DNA of 64,000 nucleotides from Dehalococcoidia bacterium. Lineage in GTDB: Bacteria; Chloroflexota; Dehalococcoidia; Lucifugimonadales; UBA3495. The DNA is taken from contig CAXXWY010000022.1 in assembly GCA_963668505.2 (NCBI GenBank), positions 86,613 through 150,612 of the forward strand, in the 5' to 3' direction. Made by a program: the position numbers and the translations under genes. Positions within the stretch are counted from its first letter, which is position 1, and each line of letters begins with the position of its first letter. Shown one piece after another: positions 47,217 to 56,378 of this stretch. The notes below the pieces were generated by a model that ran no database searches, was not told where the DNA came from, and saw only the letters and a list, made by a program, of their open reading frames with translations.

Positions 47217-47805
47217 CTAGGTGGCTTTTACCCAGGTTTCGGACCAGGCCAGGCAGGCGGTGCTGGTGGGGTTTGTCTCCGCGCATTTCCCGGTACACGT
47301 TGCCTTCGACGACCTCGTTGTTGAGGGTTATTTGGGCCCTTAGAGCGGGGATGAAGCAGGAGTAGACGCCGAGGGGCCGGCCACCGGAGCCGGGAGGATT
47401 GACCAGCATGAAGGGGTCGATGAAGTCGTACCAAGTCAGGGAGATGACGTCCTCGTCGGCCTCGACAGTTTCGGTCCAAAAGGAGGCGGGCGTCGCCGGA
47501 CTTGCTGAACTCGGCCTCGATGACGGGGAGGGACTCGTCGGCGAACTCGGGGAACAGCATGGTCTCGATTTCGGCTTGGAGCCAGCGGGTCAGGGCGATG
47601 TTGTCGGAGTAGACCCGAATTTCATCGTCTATGATGGTCGCTCTTGAGAAAGAGGACGTGTCCGGCGCCGCCGGGGGAATAGAGGACCCGCCAGTGGCTG
47701 ACCCTGGTGGTGTGGGGTCCCGCCTTCTTCCTGGGCCAAGCGGATAAATGAGTTTTCGCCGGTGAGTTGGACTTGGGTGGGCCTGATAGTATTCGACGCC
47801 GTCAT
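47217..47805 (-). pseudogene. Degraded ORF of unknown function (at least 3 frame changes)
   Basis: ATG 47805; colinear readable pieces …IDDEIRVYSDNIALTRWLQAEIETMLFPEFADESLPVIEAEFSKSGDA… / …SFWTETVEADEDVISLTWYDFIDPFMLVNPPGSGGRPLGVYSCFIPALRAQITLNNEVVEGNVY… lie in different frames. Confidence 0.3.
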
Positions 47806-47974
47806 GGGATGTGGCTCTCCGTTTTATTAAAGTTGGCTAAAGTTCGCTAGTTAGGAATCTCTGAATAGGCTATTATGCCCGCTATCTGGCCTCTATTCTA
47901 GCGAAAGCCACCATCTACGCTCCAGGATTTCTGGATTCCGGCTTGCGCCGGAATGACGTTTTTCAGAGTTTTTC

Positions 47975-48012
47975 AAAATTCGGAGCCACTCATGCGATGT
48001 AGAGCGGCTCCG
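47975..48012 (-). terminator. Rho-independent terminator after the HMGL-like gene
   Basis: Minus strand CGGAGCCGCT-N12-AGTGGCTCCG followed by AATTTTG (stems 48003-48012 and 47981-47990). Confidence 0.45.
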
Positions 48013-48045
48013 CGCTGGGTCAATATCCAGCAGACGCCGAGGCGG

Positions 48046-49230
48046 CTACTCTTCGGAAGGGAACCAGTCTTGCTTCCAGGGGAAGTCGCCGTTGCCCGGA
48101 TCGTAGGCGGGCAATCCCTGTTCGACGCGCTCCCGGTAGGGGCTGGCGATGGGCTCTTTGTAGGGATAGATACCGCCTTCGTAGACCTCCGGGCCCTTCT
48201 TGAAGTGCTTGGCCTGCTCCAAGGTCTCGATGAAGGGGGCGTTGATTTCGTAAAGCTGCTCCACCTTGTTGGGCCTGGGGCCGGCCTTGGAGACGTGGCC
48301 GTAGAGGTCGCGGCCGATGATGCTCTCGGCCATCCAGACGCTGTCGATGACCTTATCGATGTCGACGCCGGTCTCGACGCCCATGTCTTGCATCATGTGA
48401 AGGATGTCCTCAGTGGGGGCCATGCCGGTGGCCCTGCCGTTGCCGCAGTAGGGGCAGCCGCCGAAGCCGCCGATGGAGCCGTCTAGCTCCAGGGTGTCGT
48501 CGGATGTGAGGGTGCGCATGGCGGCGTAAGCGGAAGCGATGGCCATGTTGCGGCCGTTGTGGAGATGGAGGCGGACGTGGTCGATTTCAGGCCAGCGTTC
48601 CTTGACGCGGTAGACGCTCTCCTCGACCTTGGCCGGGGTGCAGTGGCTCATGGGGTCACCCATAGAGACGCTACGCACGGGGATGCCGACCGAGTCCCAC
48701 ATGGCGTGCTGCTTTTCGAACATATTCATCAAGTAGTCGACGGGGAACTCGCCGAGGAAGTTGGAGCCCCAACTGGCGTTGGTGCCGATGCCGGCGGCCT
48801 GGACGTTCAACTCCTGGGCCTGGGCGACAACCTGGGGCCAACGCTCCATTTCCTGCATCTGGGAGCGGTTGGCGTTGCGGCGGACAAAGACGTCGCACAT
48901 GTGGACGTTGAGCCTGGGGTAGGGGTCTCGTTCGATGGTGAGCGGCGGGGAGAACTGCTTGGCGCGCTCGATGCCGCGGGCGTTCAACGCCAGGGCGGTG
49001 TAGGTGACGCTGGGATTGGGGGTGAACCTGGTGACGATCTCGTCGACGCGGGCCATTTGGGGCGTCCACTTGGGGCTGACAAAGGAGCCGACGACGATGT
49101 TCTTGAGGCCGGTATCGGACAGGGAGTCCAGCAAGGCCACTTTATCGTCCACAGAAATCTCGGCGTCTTCAATCTGCATGCCCTCGCGCATGCCTTCTTC
49201 TTTGTACTTCAATTTCGGCCAGTCAGCCAT
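48046..49230 (-). CDS. HMG-CoA-lyase-like (DRE-TIM metallolyase family) enzyme
   Basis: 394-aa ORF; EEGMREGMQ, HLHNGRNMAIASAYAAM, LDGSIGGFGGCPY motifs. Confidence 0.75.
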   Translation of the reverse strand: MADWPKLKYKEEGMREGMQIEDAEISVDDKVALLDSLSDTGLKNIVVGSFVSPKWTPQMARVDEIVTRFTPNPSVTYTALALNARGIERAKQFSPPLTIERDPYPRLNVHMCDVFVRRNANRSQMQEMERWPQVVAQAQELNVQAAGIGTNASWGSNFLGEFPVDYLMNMFEKQHAMWDSVGIPVRSVSMGDPMSHCTPAKVEESVYRVKERWPEIDHVRLHLHNGRNMAIASAYAAMRTLTSDDTLELDGSIGGFGGCPYCGNGRATGMAPTEDILHMMQDMGVETGVDIDKVIDSVWMAESIIGRDLYGHVSKAGPRPNKVEQLYEINAPFIETLEQAKHFKKGPEVYEGGIYPYKEPIASPYRERVEQGLPAYDPGNGDFPWKQDWFPSEE

Positions 49231-49324
49231 TGCTTCCTCCTTGCAGGGAGCGGTCGGGGCGCTTCACCGGCGTCGGTCTGGGTTATGACATTCTTGCGTT
49301 GGCGTAGTCACGGTGAATGGGCCG

Positions 49325-49354
49325 ATTGTAGGGTGCGGTCGAAGACATTGTCAA
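49325..49354 (-). promoter_or_regulatory. Near-consensus sigma-70-like promoter for the HMGL-like gene
   Basis: Minus strand TTGACA (49349-49354), 18 nt, TACAAT (49325-49330); about 90 nt upstream of ATG 49230. Confidence 0.4.
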
Positions 49355-49390
49355 GAAATTTGGCGGCCCGGCGAGGGGCGTTGCGAGAGG

Positions 49391-49435
49391 GCGGCAAATT
49401 TTTAGTTCCCCTTCCATTATCTCCCATTTGGCGGG
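49391..49435. repeat. Third copy of the phased TCCCATT-type motif block
   Basis: gcggcaaatttttagttccccTTCCATTatcTCCCATTtggcggg resembles 34127-34180; a degenerate second copy follows at 49450-49498. Confidence 0.55.
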
Positions 49436-49790
49436 AGTGAGGCCCCGTTGGGAAATTTTCATTTTCTGGGCCATATTGAGCCATTTGGCGACATTCCCTA
49501 GCTGAGAGACACTGGCAGGCGGTGCAGCAATATCTCGATGTTTGTAGCTGGGGCATCCAGAATGTCCCATGAAGGGGCTGAATACGGCGGAAATTGGCGC
49601 AGACGGTTCGCGCCGCCTCGGGGCGGAAGGCTGCGCCGCGGGCAGTCGGCTTGGTGACAACATGGTTTGAGTTTAGGCATTGGGGTTGGGGCGCGTCAAT
49701 GGGGTTTTGTCAGTAGGGGGTGGGGTGTTGGGGGGCAAGGCGGCAACGCCCCTGGGACAAGCCGTCGCCTTCTAGGGGGTATCACAATAG

Positions 49791-50967
49791 TCACAGTGCC
49801 TTTTTGACCATGTCGACATCAATCGTCCCACCCGGCTTTAGGGCACCCGAAAGCACTGACTTCTCCAAGACTCTCCGACACGCTCTGAACAATTCCGACG
49901 AGGTCTTGATCTGTGTCCCCTCTGCGATGGCAAACAGGGCGTTTCCTTCGAAAGGATACTCATCTGGGTCCTCTGCATCATAACGATAGCCCTTCAAAAC
50001 CTGCCTGAGGAACTCCACCGCCTCGTCTGAGGTGAGCGGCTCTATTTCTAGTGGCTCGCGAGACATTCGCCTGATGACGGCTTGGGTTAGCAGTCCGTAT
50101 ATGCTCCTTACATCCCCAGTCATCCCGAAAATGAAACAGCAATTCTCTGGACAAGCGTTGATGAGATCACGGATGCCTTGGTTCATACTCAAAGCTTCCT
50201 GTGGCCGAAAGTCATTTGCGATCTCAAGCTCATCAAAGAAAAAATAGGAACGCTCTGTTGCGTCCGATGACATCCCCCTCACTAAGAATACTAGTACCCC
50301 TCGTGCACAAGTTAACGTATGCACCCAGACACCTGGTTGCATCGTATTCAGATTCGATTGCACTAGTCATGTTGTACTTGGCGTATTTGCTCATCGCACC
50401 CGCCCCGGGAAGCTTCCCGCCGAGTAGGAGCGCGAGTGCTTCGCTAGATTCGCCCTTGATGCCTCTCAAGAGAAGTCCAAGCGGAGGATAGCTTGGCGTC
50501 AGCCCAGGATCATTGTAGATTCCGTCCATGGCTTTTTGCTGTTCTTGTAAAGTGCCATTCGGGTTCTGTCTCTTAGCAGTTTCTTCAACAGCAAGATCAA
50601 GCCACTCAGAGGTTTCCTTTATGTGGGGCACCAAGAGATCCATGATCTTGTTGTATAGGGCAACAAAGTTCATGTTTGCGGCGACTTTCAAAGTCTCAAG
50701 GTAGACACAAGGCGAAGCAAATTCCTCTTTTCGTTCCTCTGTAATCAAATAGCTGAGGTATCTGAGAGCATGAGATTTGCCAGTCCCCAGTTCGCCGTGA
50801 AGTATTGCAAACTCCGACAGACCGACTTGATCTGATCTACACGATTGCACTATGTCCAAAAGTTGCGACCTAAGCTGGCTATATCCTGCCCAAATCGTAA
50901 CTTTCTCACCCGGAACCAAAGTGAACGGGTTATTGGTTAACTTCGCAATCTCCAGGGTAGTATTCAT
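49791..50967 (-). pseudogene. ORC/Cdc6-like AAA+ P-loop ATPase (island gene 5) with one frame disruption
   Basis: ORF 50233..50967 (NPFTLVPG...FAILHGELGTGKSHALRYL, Walker A) and ORF 49791..50363 (SYFFFDELE Walker B, ...CCFIFGMTGD...) overlap; frames rejoin at either the A6 run 50239-50244 or the C5 run 50274-50278. Confidence 0.7.
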
Positions 50968-51558
50968 CTACTGTGCCCCCTTCGCGTCTGCGATCGCAGA
51001 ACGATTGTTTGAAGCCCAGGTGGCAAAGGTCTGGGTGCCGGGATTGCCGATTAGGTCAGTTTCAATGAGTTTCGCTGTGGATGAGTACACGAGTCGATCC
51101 CCGGTCAACAAGGCCAACTCAAGAAGAGCCGGTGCGGTTGAACTCTTAGTGCCAAAGCCTCTGCTTGTGAGATTCGGTGATCCAACGATTACCATCTCTG
51201 AATCGTGGCTATCCTGGAATAGATATGCCTTAGCATGAAGATCAGGGTGGAGATAGACCTCGGCCCCCTTTTGGTCCAAATCCTCCAGCAATTGTAATTT
51301 CATTCTAAAGCGTTGATTCTTGCCACTACTTCCTGGGGGAGGCGTTGTCATTACAGTTATTTTTGCCCCGTAAGCAAGTTGTCTGACAAGCAAATCAGAC
51401 AGAACCCCATTTCCCCAGAAATCATAGTCTTGCATGTTGAAGGAAATAATTGTCGCCTTGGTCAAGAGTCTAAACGCCCCTATCCACTGGAGAACCTCTT
51501 GGGCTACATCGTCTCCTAGGGCAGGGATGACAACTGGCGTGTTGCTCTGGGCTTGCAT
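50968..51558 (-). CDS. Single-HKD phospholipase-D-family nuclease (island gene 4)
   Basis: 196-aa ORF; LHPDLHAKAYLFQDSHDSEMVIVGSPNLTSRG matches the HxK...GSxN PLD/Nuc signature; its stop abuts the next start (TAG-ATG at 50968/50967). Confidence 0.75.
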   Translation of the reverse strand: MQAQSNTPVVIPALGDDVAQEVLQWIGAFRLLTKATIISFNMQDYDFWGNGVLSDLLVRQLAYGAKITVMTTPPPGSSGKNQRFRMKLQLLEDLDQKGAEVYLHPDLHAKAYLFQDSHDSEMVIVGSPNLTSRGFGTKSSTAPALLELALLTGDRLVYSSTAKLIETDLIGNPGTQTFATWASNNRSAIADAKGAQ

Positions 51559-51567
51559 CGCAGCAAT

Positions 51568-52743
51568 CTACGGGACAAAGCCCTTCATGGCAATGTAGCC
51601 ACTGCGGCCGTGCCTTTGACGCATCCTATATATCTTATCTGGAAACTCTTGGAATGTAGATTCCATAAGATCACTGAATGAACTCCGGTCGAGATACTTA
51701 CCGTCAGCCGCTAGTTGGGCGGCCATTGCATCATATATGGATTCGATGGCCGCCTCATTGAAAACATGGAATTTTACATGAGGGTAAATCGCCTCGATAA
51801 ATCGAAAGTACTCGTCAAGCGATAAATGAGCTGGCGATGCTGACCCTAGGAATGATGATGATATCGCCTGCCAACACAAGTCCTTCGGGTCGTCTGAAGG
51901 CGCAAGGCCGAGCAATTGGGTGACTTCGGCGGAAAAGGGCAGGACAAGTGCTGATCCTGAACAGCAGCCCTCCTCCTTGAATGCCGACAATAGCCGGCGT
52001 CCTGACTCAGTTACGCGATAATCTTCCCCACTCTGTTGCCGAATGTAGCCGAGATCCTTCAGCCACCCTCTTCTAGGATTTACGGTGTGTGAATAAAACC
52101 TCTCTACCTTCTGCTCTGGGGTGAAGCTTCGGTCTTCCCTGTAGGCCGACCAAGACTGGGTCTGTTTGCGGTCCATGTCCACAGCGGTCGTAAGCCGCCG
52201 CTTTGAATCGGAAAGTTCCTGCAAGATGATATCCCTGACCAACTTCGATTCGATATTTTGGTTTGCCCAAGACTCGCGAAGCGTCAAGATGCTCAGTAAA
52301 CGGCCTACTAGCAGTTCACCGAGTGAAGTTGATATGTCGGCATTGGCGAGGATGTCAAGAAGGTTTAGAGTTGCTTCTCCATCGGATTCGAGCACCGCAT
52401 GCAACAGCAACGCCCCGATAGATTCATTAGAGGCATTTGTCTGCTGAATGGCGTACAGCGCGTACCCTTTGTCCGATAGCATAAGTTTGTTCCCGGCTTT
52501 ATGAAGGAATCCAAGAGCTCTACCGACGTCAATAACCCCGTCAGCGTATTTAGGCCCGTTTACGGCTTCCCGTTCTAGTATCACAGAGCGAAGAGAGGTA
52601 ACGGAAGCAGGTCCAATATTGTGAAGATAGGTCACCAGTCTGGCGAATCGAAAGATGTCGTGCAAGCCGTTGGTGTAACCGATCCTGCGAGAAAGTTCCC
52701 CCCTGACTCGAGCACGCTGCTGAACTAACCCAAGCATAGCCAT
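51568..52743 (-). CDS. Hypothetical protein, 391 aa (island gene 3)
   Basis: Intact ORF, 4-nt gap from the upstream gene and 9-nt gap to the downstream gene; no catalytic motif recognised; possible winged-helix-like segments. Confidence 0.6.
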   Translation of the reverse strand: MAMLGLVQQRARVRGELSRRIGYTNGLHDIFRFARLVTYLHNIGPASVTSLRSVILEREAVNGPKYADGVIDVGRALGFLHKAGNKLMLSDKGYALYAIQQTNASNESIGALLLHAVLESDGEATLNLLDILANADISTSLGELLVGRLLSILTLRESWANQNIESKLVRDIILQELSDSKRRLTTAVDMDRKQTQSWSAYREDRSFTPEQKVERFYSHTVNPRRGWLKDLGYIRQQSGEDYRVTESGRRLLSAFKEEGCCSGSALVLPFSAEVTQLLGLAPSDDPKDLCWQAISSSFLGSASPAHLSLDEYFRFIEAIYPHVKFHVFNEAAIESIYDAMAAQLAADGKYLDRSSFSDLMESTFQEFPDKIYRMRQRHGRSGYIAMKGFVP

Positions 52744-52747
52744 GAGC

Positions 52748-54208
52748 CTATACTACCTTTGGCTCATCGCCACCGTGCGCTGTAACCCTCGGCCTCATGG
52801 CTACCAAGATGGCTCGATTCGTTTCTGCATCTGCAATCCATGCTTCTCCTGTTTCTAGCGCTCTGATGAGTGCCAGACGATCGGAAATTCTCGCAGTGCC
52901 GAAGGAAACATCCCTGGGGAAGTCCGCGGGCACTCGCGCAAGAGCAGCCGAAATATCCGCATCTACCACCAGTCGATGAGCAATGAGCAAGTCAACTTGG
53001 CTAACGACTCGCGAGTCCACGGCAGAGGGCTGCTGGGTTGCAAGTACCAACGAAAGACCCGCATCACGTCCACGTTTGACGTATTCGATAAGGATCGGTT
53101 TCGCCGCGGTCTGACTGTCGGAAGGACAAATGAGGTGTGCCTCATCTATAAGGGTCCAGACACCGAGAGGCAGTGAAGCGTGTTCTTTTGGTAGAGGCCT
53201 TTTTGAGCGTTCAGCAGCTTTCCGTTCCGTGTGGTACCTTCCCATAATGCGGAAGACTTTTTTGGCAATTACACTTACCACCAAAGACTTAGTGGCATCG
53301 TCCAGATTCCGCAGAAGGAAGATGCTCAATTGGCCCGGTCTAAGCACCTCAAGAACATCCCAACTACGCTTTTGGAATACCTTACTGTCCCGCAAGGCTT
53401 CAAGTTTCCAAAGGATAGCGTCACGTGTTTGTCGCTGTGAGTGTTCGTTGAGCTCGACATCCTCTTGCAAACAAGCAATCAGGTCGCCAAGGTCGTACTC
53501 TTCCTGAGCCGCGACCTTTCGATGTCCTTGTCTACCAATTCCCTCGGGTACAGTATAGCCAGCTTCGGAAACCTTCCTTAGAAGATTTCTGATAACTTGA
53601 CCTTGAGGAGAATAGATTTCCAATCTGAAAAGACCACACCAATCCTCAAGGTCAAGTTCCGCAGGGTCAATAGAAAACTCGACGGCTTCAGGGTGAACGG
53701 ATTGGTCACCATAGGGAGCAAAGAGCTTTGCCGAGGGCACTTGTTTAGCAGGAATGCCCCACTGCTGAAGCTGGATAAGCTGCTCTTTGTCCTCCTCGAG
53801 GCCTTCGTCTGGTGCATTTAGGAGTGCCCAAAACTGGCTTTGAGTATCGAAAAAGAGGGTTGTTATTGCCGAATCTTTAGTAGCGATGCTGGAGTCATAA
53901 CCCAACGTTAACCCTTCGGCCAAAATGCCTAGGTCATAACTTTTTCCGGTGCCACGGCGACCGCAGACGAAGACCACATGTGGAGTATGGACATCAAGCC
54001 AGACGTTTGAATCAAATTTATTGGAAACGCGAGCTTGCTCTATACATTTCCCTAGTAATATTAAGGCACTAGTGTCACCGCGATTTCGGCGCTGACCCAT
54101 AAGGAGATGCCGTCCGTTGGAGATGTATGCAGCCCGTTCGATAGGCTCAGATACTTCAACCTTTCGGACTCCTGTTATGTGCCCGAGAGATGGCATGCTA
54201 GATGGCAT
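52748..54208 (-). CDS. HerA/FtsK-superfamily (DUF87-like) ATPase (island gene 2)
   Basis: 486-aa ORF; Walker A VFVCGRRGTGKSYD, Walker B VWTLIDEAHLI, SLVLATQQPSAVD...LLIAHRL; start overlaps the upstream stop (alternative ATG at 54196). Confidence 0.8.
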   Translation of the reverse strand: MPSSMPSLGHITGVRKVEVSEPIERAAYISNGRHLLMGQRRNRGDTSALILLGKCIEQARVSNKFDSNVWLDVHTPHVVFVCGRRGTGKSYDLGILAEGLTLGYDSSIATKDSAITTLFFDTQSQFWALLNAPDEGLEEDKEQLIQLQQWGIPAKQVPSAKLFAPYGDQSVHPEAVEFSIDPAELDLEDWCGLFRLEIYSPQGQVIRNLLRKVSEAGYTVPEGIGRQGHRKVAAQEEYDLGDLIACLQEDVELNEHSQRQTRDAILWKLEALRDSKVFQKRSWDVLEVLRPGQLSIFLLRNLDDATKSLVVSVIAKKVFRIMGRYHTERKAAERSKRPLPKEHASLPLGVWTLIDEAHLICPSDSQTAAKPILIEYVKRGRDAGLSLVLATQQPSAVDSRVVSQVDLLIAHRLVVDADISAALARVPADFPRDVSFGTARISDRLALIRALETGEAWIADAETNRAILVAMRPRVTAHGGDEPKVV

Positions 54209-56378
54209 CTGCTAATTCTCCATCAAGATGCACAAAGTCCACAATCGTAACGAAGCTATCTTCTTTCAGACTTGGGTCGGTTCTTTGGAGGAAGCCTTTA
54301 AGCTCAGATATATCTGAGAATCCATCGAGAGTTGTATCGCCGCAATATAGGCTGCGAAGATGCATCTGTGTGCAACGGGTGACGCGTACCAGCTTTTGTT
54401 GATCGTCATCATGTAGCAACGTTAGCCCTCGCTGAAGACGCTTGCGGCCTCTGTATATCGCCGTATGTTTTGATCCGTCTTGTGCAGAAAACAAAGATCT
54501 GCCGTTATCAGTGAAGCTTTGCAACCTGGAGCCGCGACGTTTCTGAATTCCCAATAATTGAATATATTCGGTCCCGGTCGACACTGAATTGTGCGCTGAA
54601 CTGCTAAGTCTAACAACGAGGTCCGGCTGGAGGGAATGTATGAACGGCCGGGGATTAGAGGCGGCAGCGATAACCGTGACTCCATACTTCTTCGAAGTGC
54701 GTTGAACATTGTAGGCAACTAGGTTGGCAGTAATCTCATCTAGATTGGAACAAAACTCGTCAACTATCCACACATTGCTTCCCGACGCCAGCATTCGTGC
54801 AAGCAATGTCCTGTACTGTTGACCCTTGCTCAATTCCTCAAACCGCTTAAGGTAAAGGAATGGTTCTGAAAGACCGGCCAGCCCTAGATAATGTAGGCCC
54901 TCCCTAACGCCGTCGTCCGCAAAGAGCTCTATTAGTGACTTTTGGGATCGTATCGGGCGAAAGGATGATGAGCGAAAGCCATCCGGTAAGGCGATACAAC
55001 CGTCAACCTCGACCTTGGTGGAATCCACTTGGCCCACCAATGATTCTAGCAGCGTCGTCTTGCCAGAGCCTGATGGCCCTTCAACCAACACTATGTCGCC
55101 TGGCGAAATGTCACAGTTTAGGTCGTGCAACACGGTAGTGCGAATGTCAGTCGGCGATATGTCGAATGCCTGCTGTATTGCATGGGTAGCTAAAGTCCTG
55201 CGAACTCGGCTCCGGTAGGTGATGCTCAATCCCGATATATGTATAGGGCCCTCAACGGGCTTAGTGTGAGTCTTTGGATTGTAGGCTGGTTCCTCTGGTG
55301 CCAAGGTAGCTAGGCGATTCTTCAAGAACTGACTCGAATACTCATTCAGGCCCATCATGTAAGTAGGTTTGGGTAGCGAGACGATACCACGAAAAAGGTC
55401 GAAGTCCTTAAGCACGGAGTGAACTGACAATCGTTGGAGCCTCGTCGTGAGGTCGCTTGCCTTTATGTTTTGTTCCTTCATCAAGGCCACGGACCTTTTC
55501 ATTCGAGCTACTTGTTGGTCGAGGATGCCAGATATTTGCTCAAATTGAGTTGTATCCTCTTCTCCTTCTCCAAAACGCTGAATGAGGTAACTCATATCTT
55601 TAGCGACACGGTTCAGATTTCCATCAGTTTCTCCAACGTAATCCATTCCCGCACGACGCACGAACGGAACAAACTTCAGCATGTCGGCGGAGATTTCGAG
55701 GAAGAACGGCATTTTGCCTGCCACTTGCCATCGGTGACGTGCGAAGATCGCAGCTTGCTCCACCAATAACCTGCCAATGCCGAATCCCCTAAATTCGGGA
55801 GAGATCACCGTCCTAGAAATTCTGACTAACCTATGTATGTTCTTTCTGAGAGTTTGGATATCCCAGGCGTCCCAACGAACCCCGTCCAGGTCGAAGGGGG
55901 CGTCGAGTATCCTTGCCCTTGGTTTGTTCATGAAGAACGGGGTTGCGAGCTCGATAAAGCCTATGACCATTGGGTAAGCAGGGTCAAACGTCCGGACAAT
56001 TAGTCTCGCAGTGCGGCCGTGTACCGTACTGCCCCTGTAGTGGAGATCAGACAAGTGCTCATATGCGGAGTGCTCATGTGCGTCGGTTATCTCCTTTATA
56101 AGCACATCCAGCCGTAACCCTCCCAACGTGAGGCTAATCGGCGACGCAAAGCTAGGAAGTATCTGACACCTACCAGTGTCGCAAGGGACCCAGGCCTTAG
56201 TGCCTTCTTGCAAAATAAGGTCGTCGGTGGTGAGACAAGCTGACCGTGGCACATCTAGCCAAACTGGGCCAGGTTCGAGACGGAGCCTCTTTACGTGCCC
56301 TCTCCATGTAACTGAGGCGACCGACATCTCGCGTCTTGCCTGACTGTGGAGCGGCGTTCTGTCTCGAGTCTCTGCCAT
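54198..56378 (-). CDS. GNAT acetyltransferase - ABC-type ATPase - C-terminal ASCH/PUA-like fusion protein (island gene 1)
   Basis: Track ORF to TTG 56411; ATGs at 56378 and 56327. GNAT motif A SPEFRGFGIGRLLVEQAA; ABC motifs GPSGSGKTT, LSKGQQYR, VWIVDEFCSNLD; tail ...HTAIYRGRKRLQRG...KLVRVTRC...TTLDGFSDISELKGFLQR...FVTIVDFVHL resembles ASCH. Confidence 0.75.
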   Translation of the reverse strand: MAETRDRTPLHSQARREMSVASVTWRGHVKRLRLEPGPVWLDVPRSACLTTDDLILQEGTKAWVPCDTGRCQILPSFASPISLTLGGLRLDVLIKEITDAHEHSAYEHLSDLHYRGSTVHGRTARLIVRTFDPAYPMVIGFIELATPFFMNKPRARILDAPFDLDGVRWDAWDIQTLRKNIHRLVRISRTVISPEFRGFGIGRLLVEQAAIFARHRWQVAGKMPFFLEISADMLKFVPFVRRAGMDYVGETDGNLNRVAKDMSYLIQRFGEGEEDTTQFEQISGILDQQVARMKRSVALMKEQNIKASDLTTRLQRLSVHSVLKDFDLFRGIVSLPKPTYMMGLNEYSSQFLKNRLATLAPEEPAYNPKTHTKPVEGPIHISGLSITYRSRVRRTLATHAIQQAFDISPTDIRTTVLHDLNCDISPGDIVLVEGPSGSGKTTLLESLVGQVDSTKVEVDGCIALPDGFRSSSFRPIRSQKSLIELFADDGVREGLHYLGLAGLSEPFLYLKRFEELSKGQQYRTLLARMLASGSNVWIVDEFCSNLDEITANLVAYNVQRTSKKYGVTVIAAASNPRPFIHSLQPDLVVRLSSSAHNSVSTGTEYIQLLGIQKRRGSRLQSFTDNGRSLFSAQDGSKHTAIYRGRKRLQRGLTLLHDDDQQKLVRVTRCTQMHLRSLYCGDTTLDGFSDISELKGFLQRTDPSLKEDSFVTIVDFVHLDGELADAI

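Noticed and set aside
54194-54210. Direct repeat ATGCCATCT x2 at the gene 1 / gene 2 junction as a regulatory element
   Set aside because: It is only 9 nt and is adequately explained as two alternative start codons overlapping the upstream stop. It is mentioned under the HerA finding.
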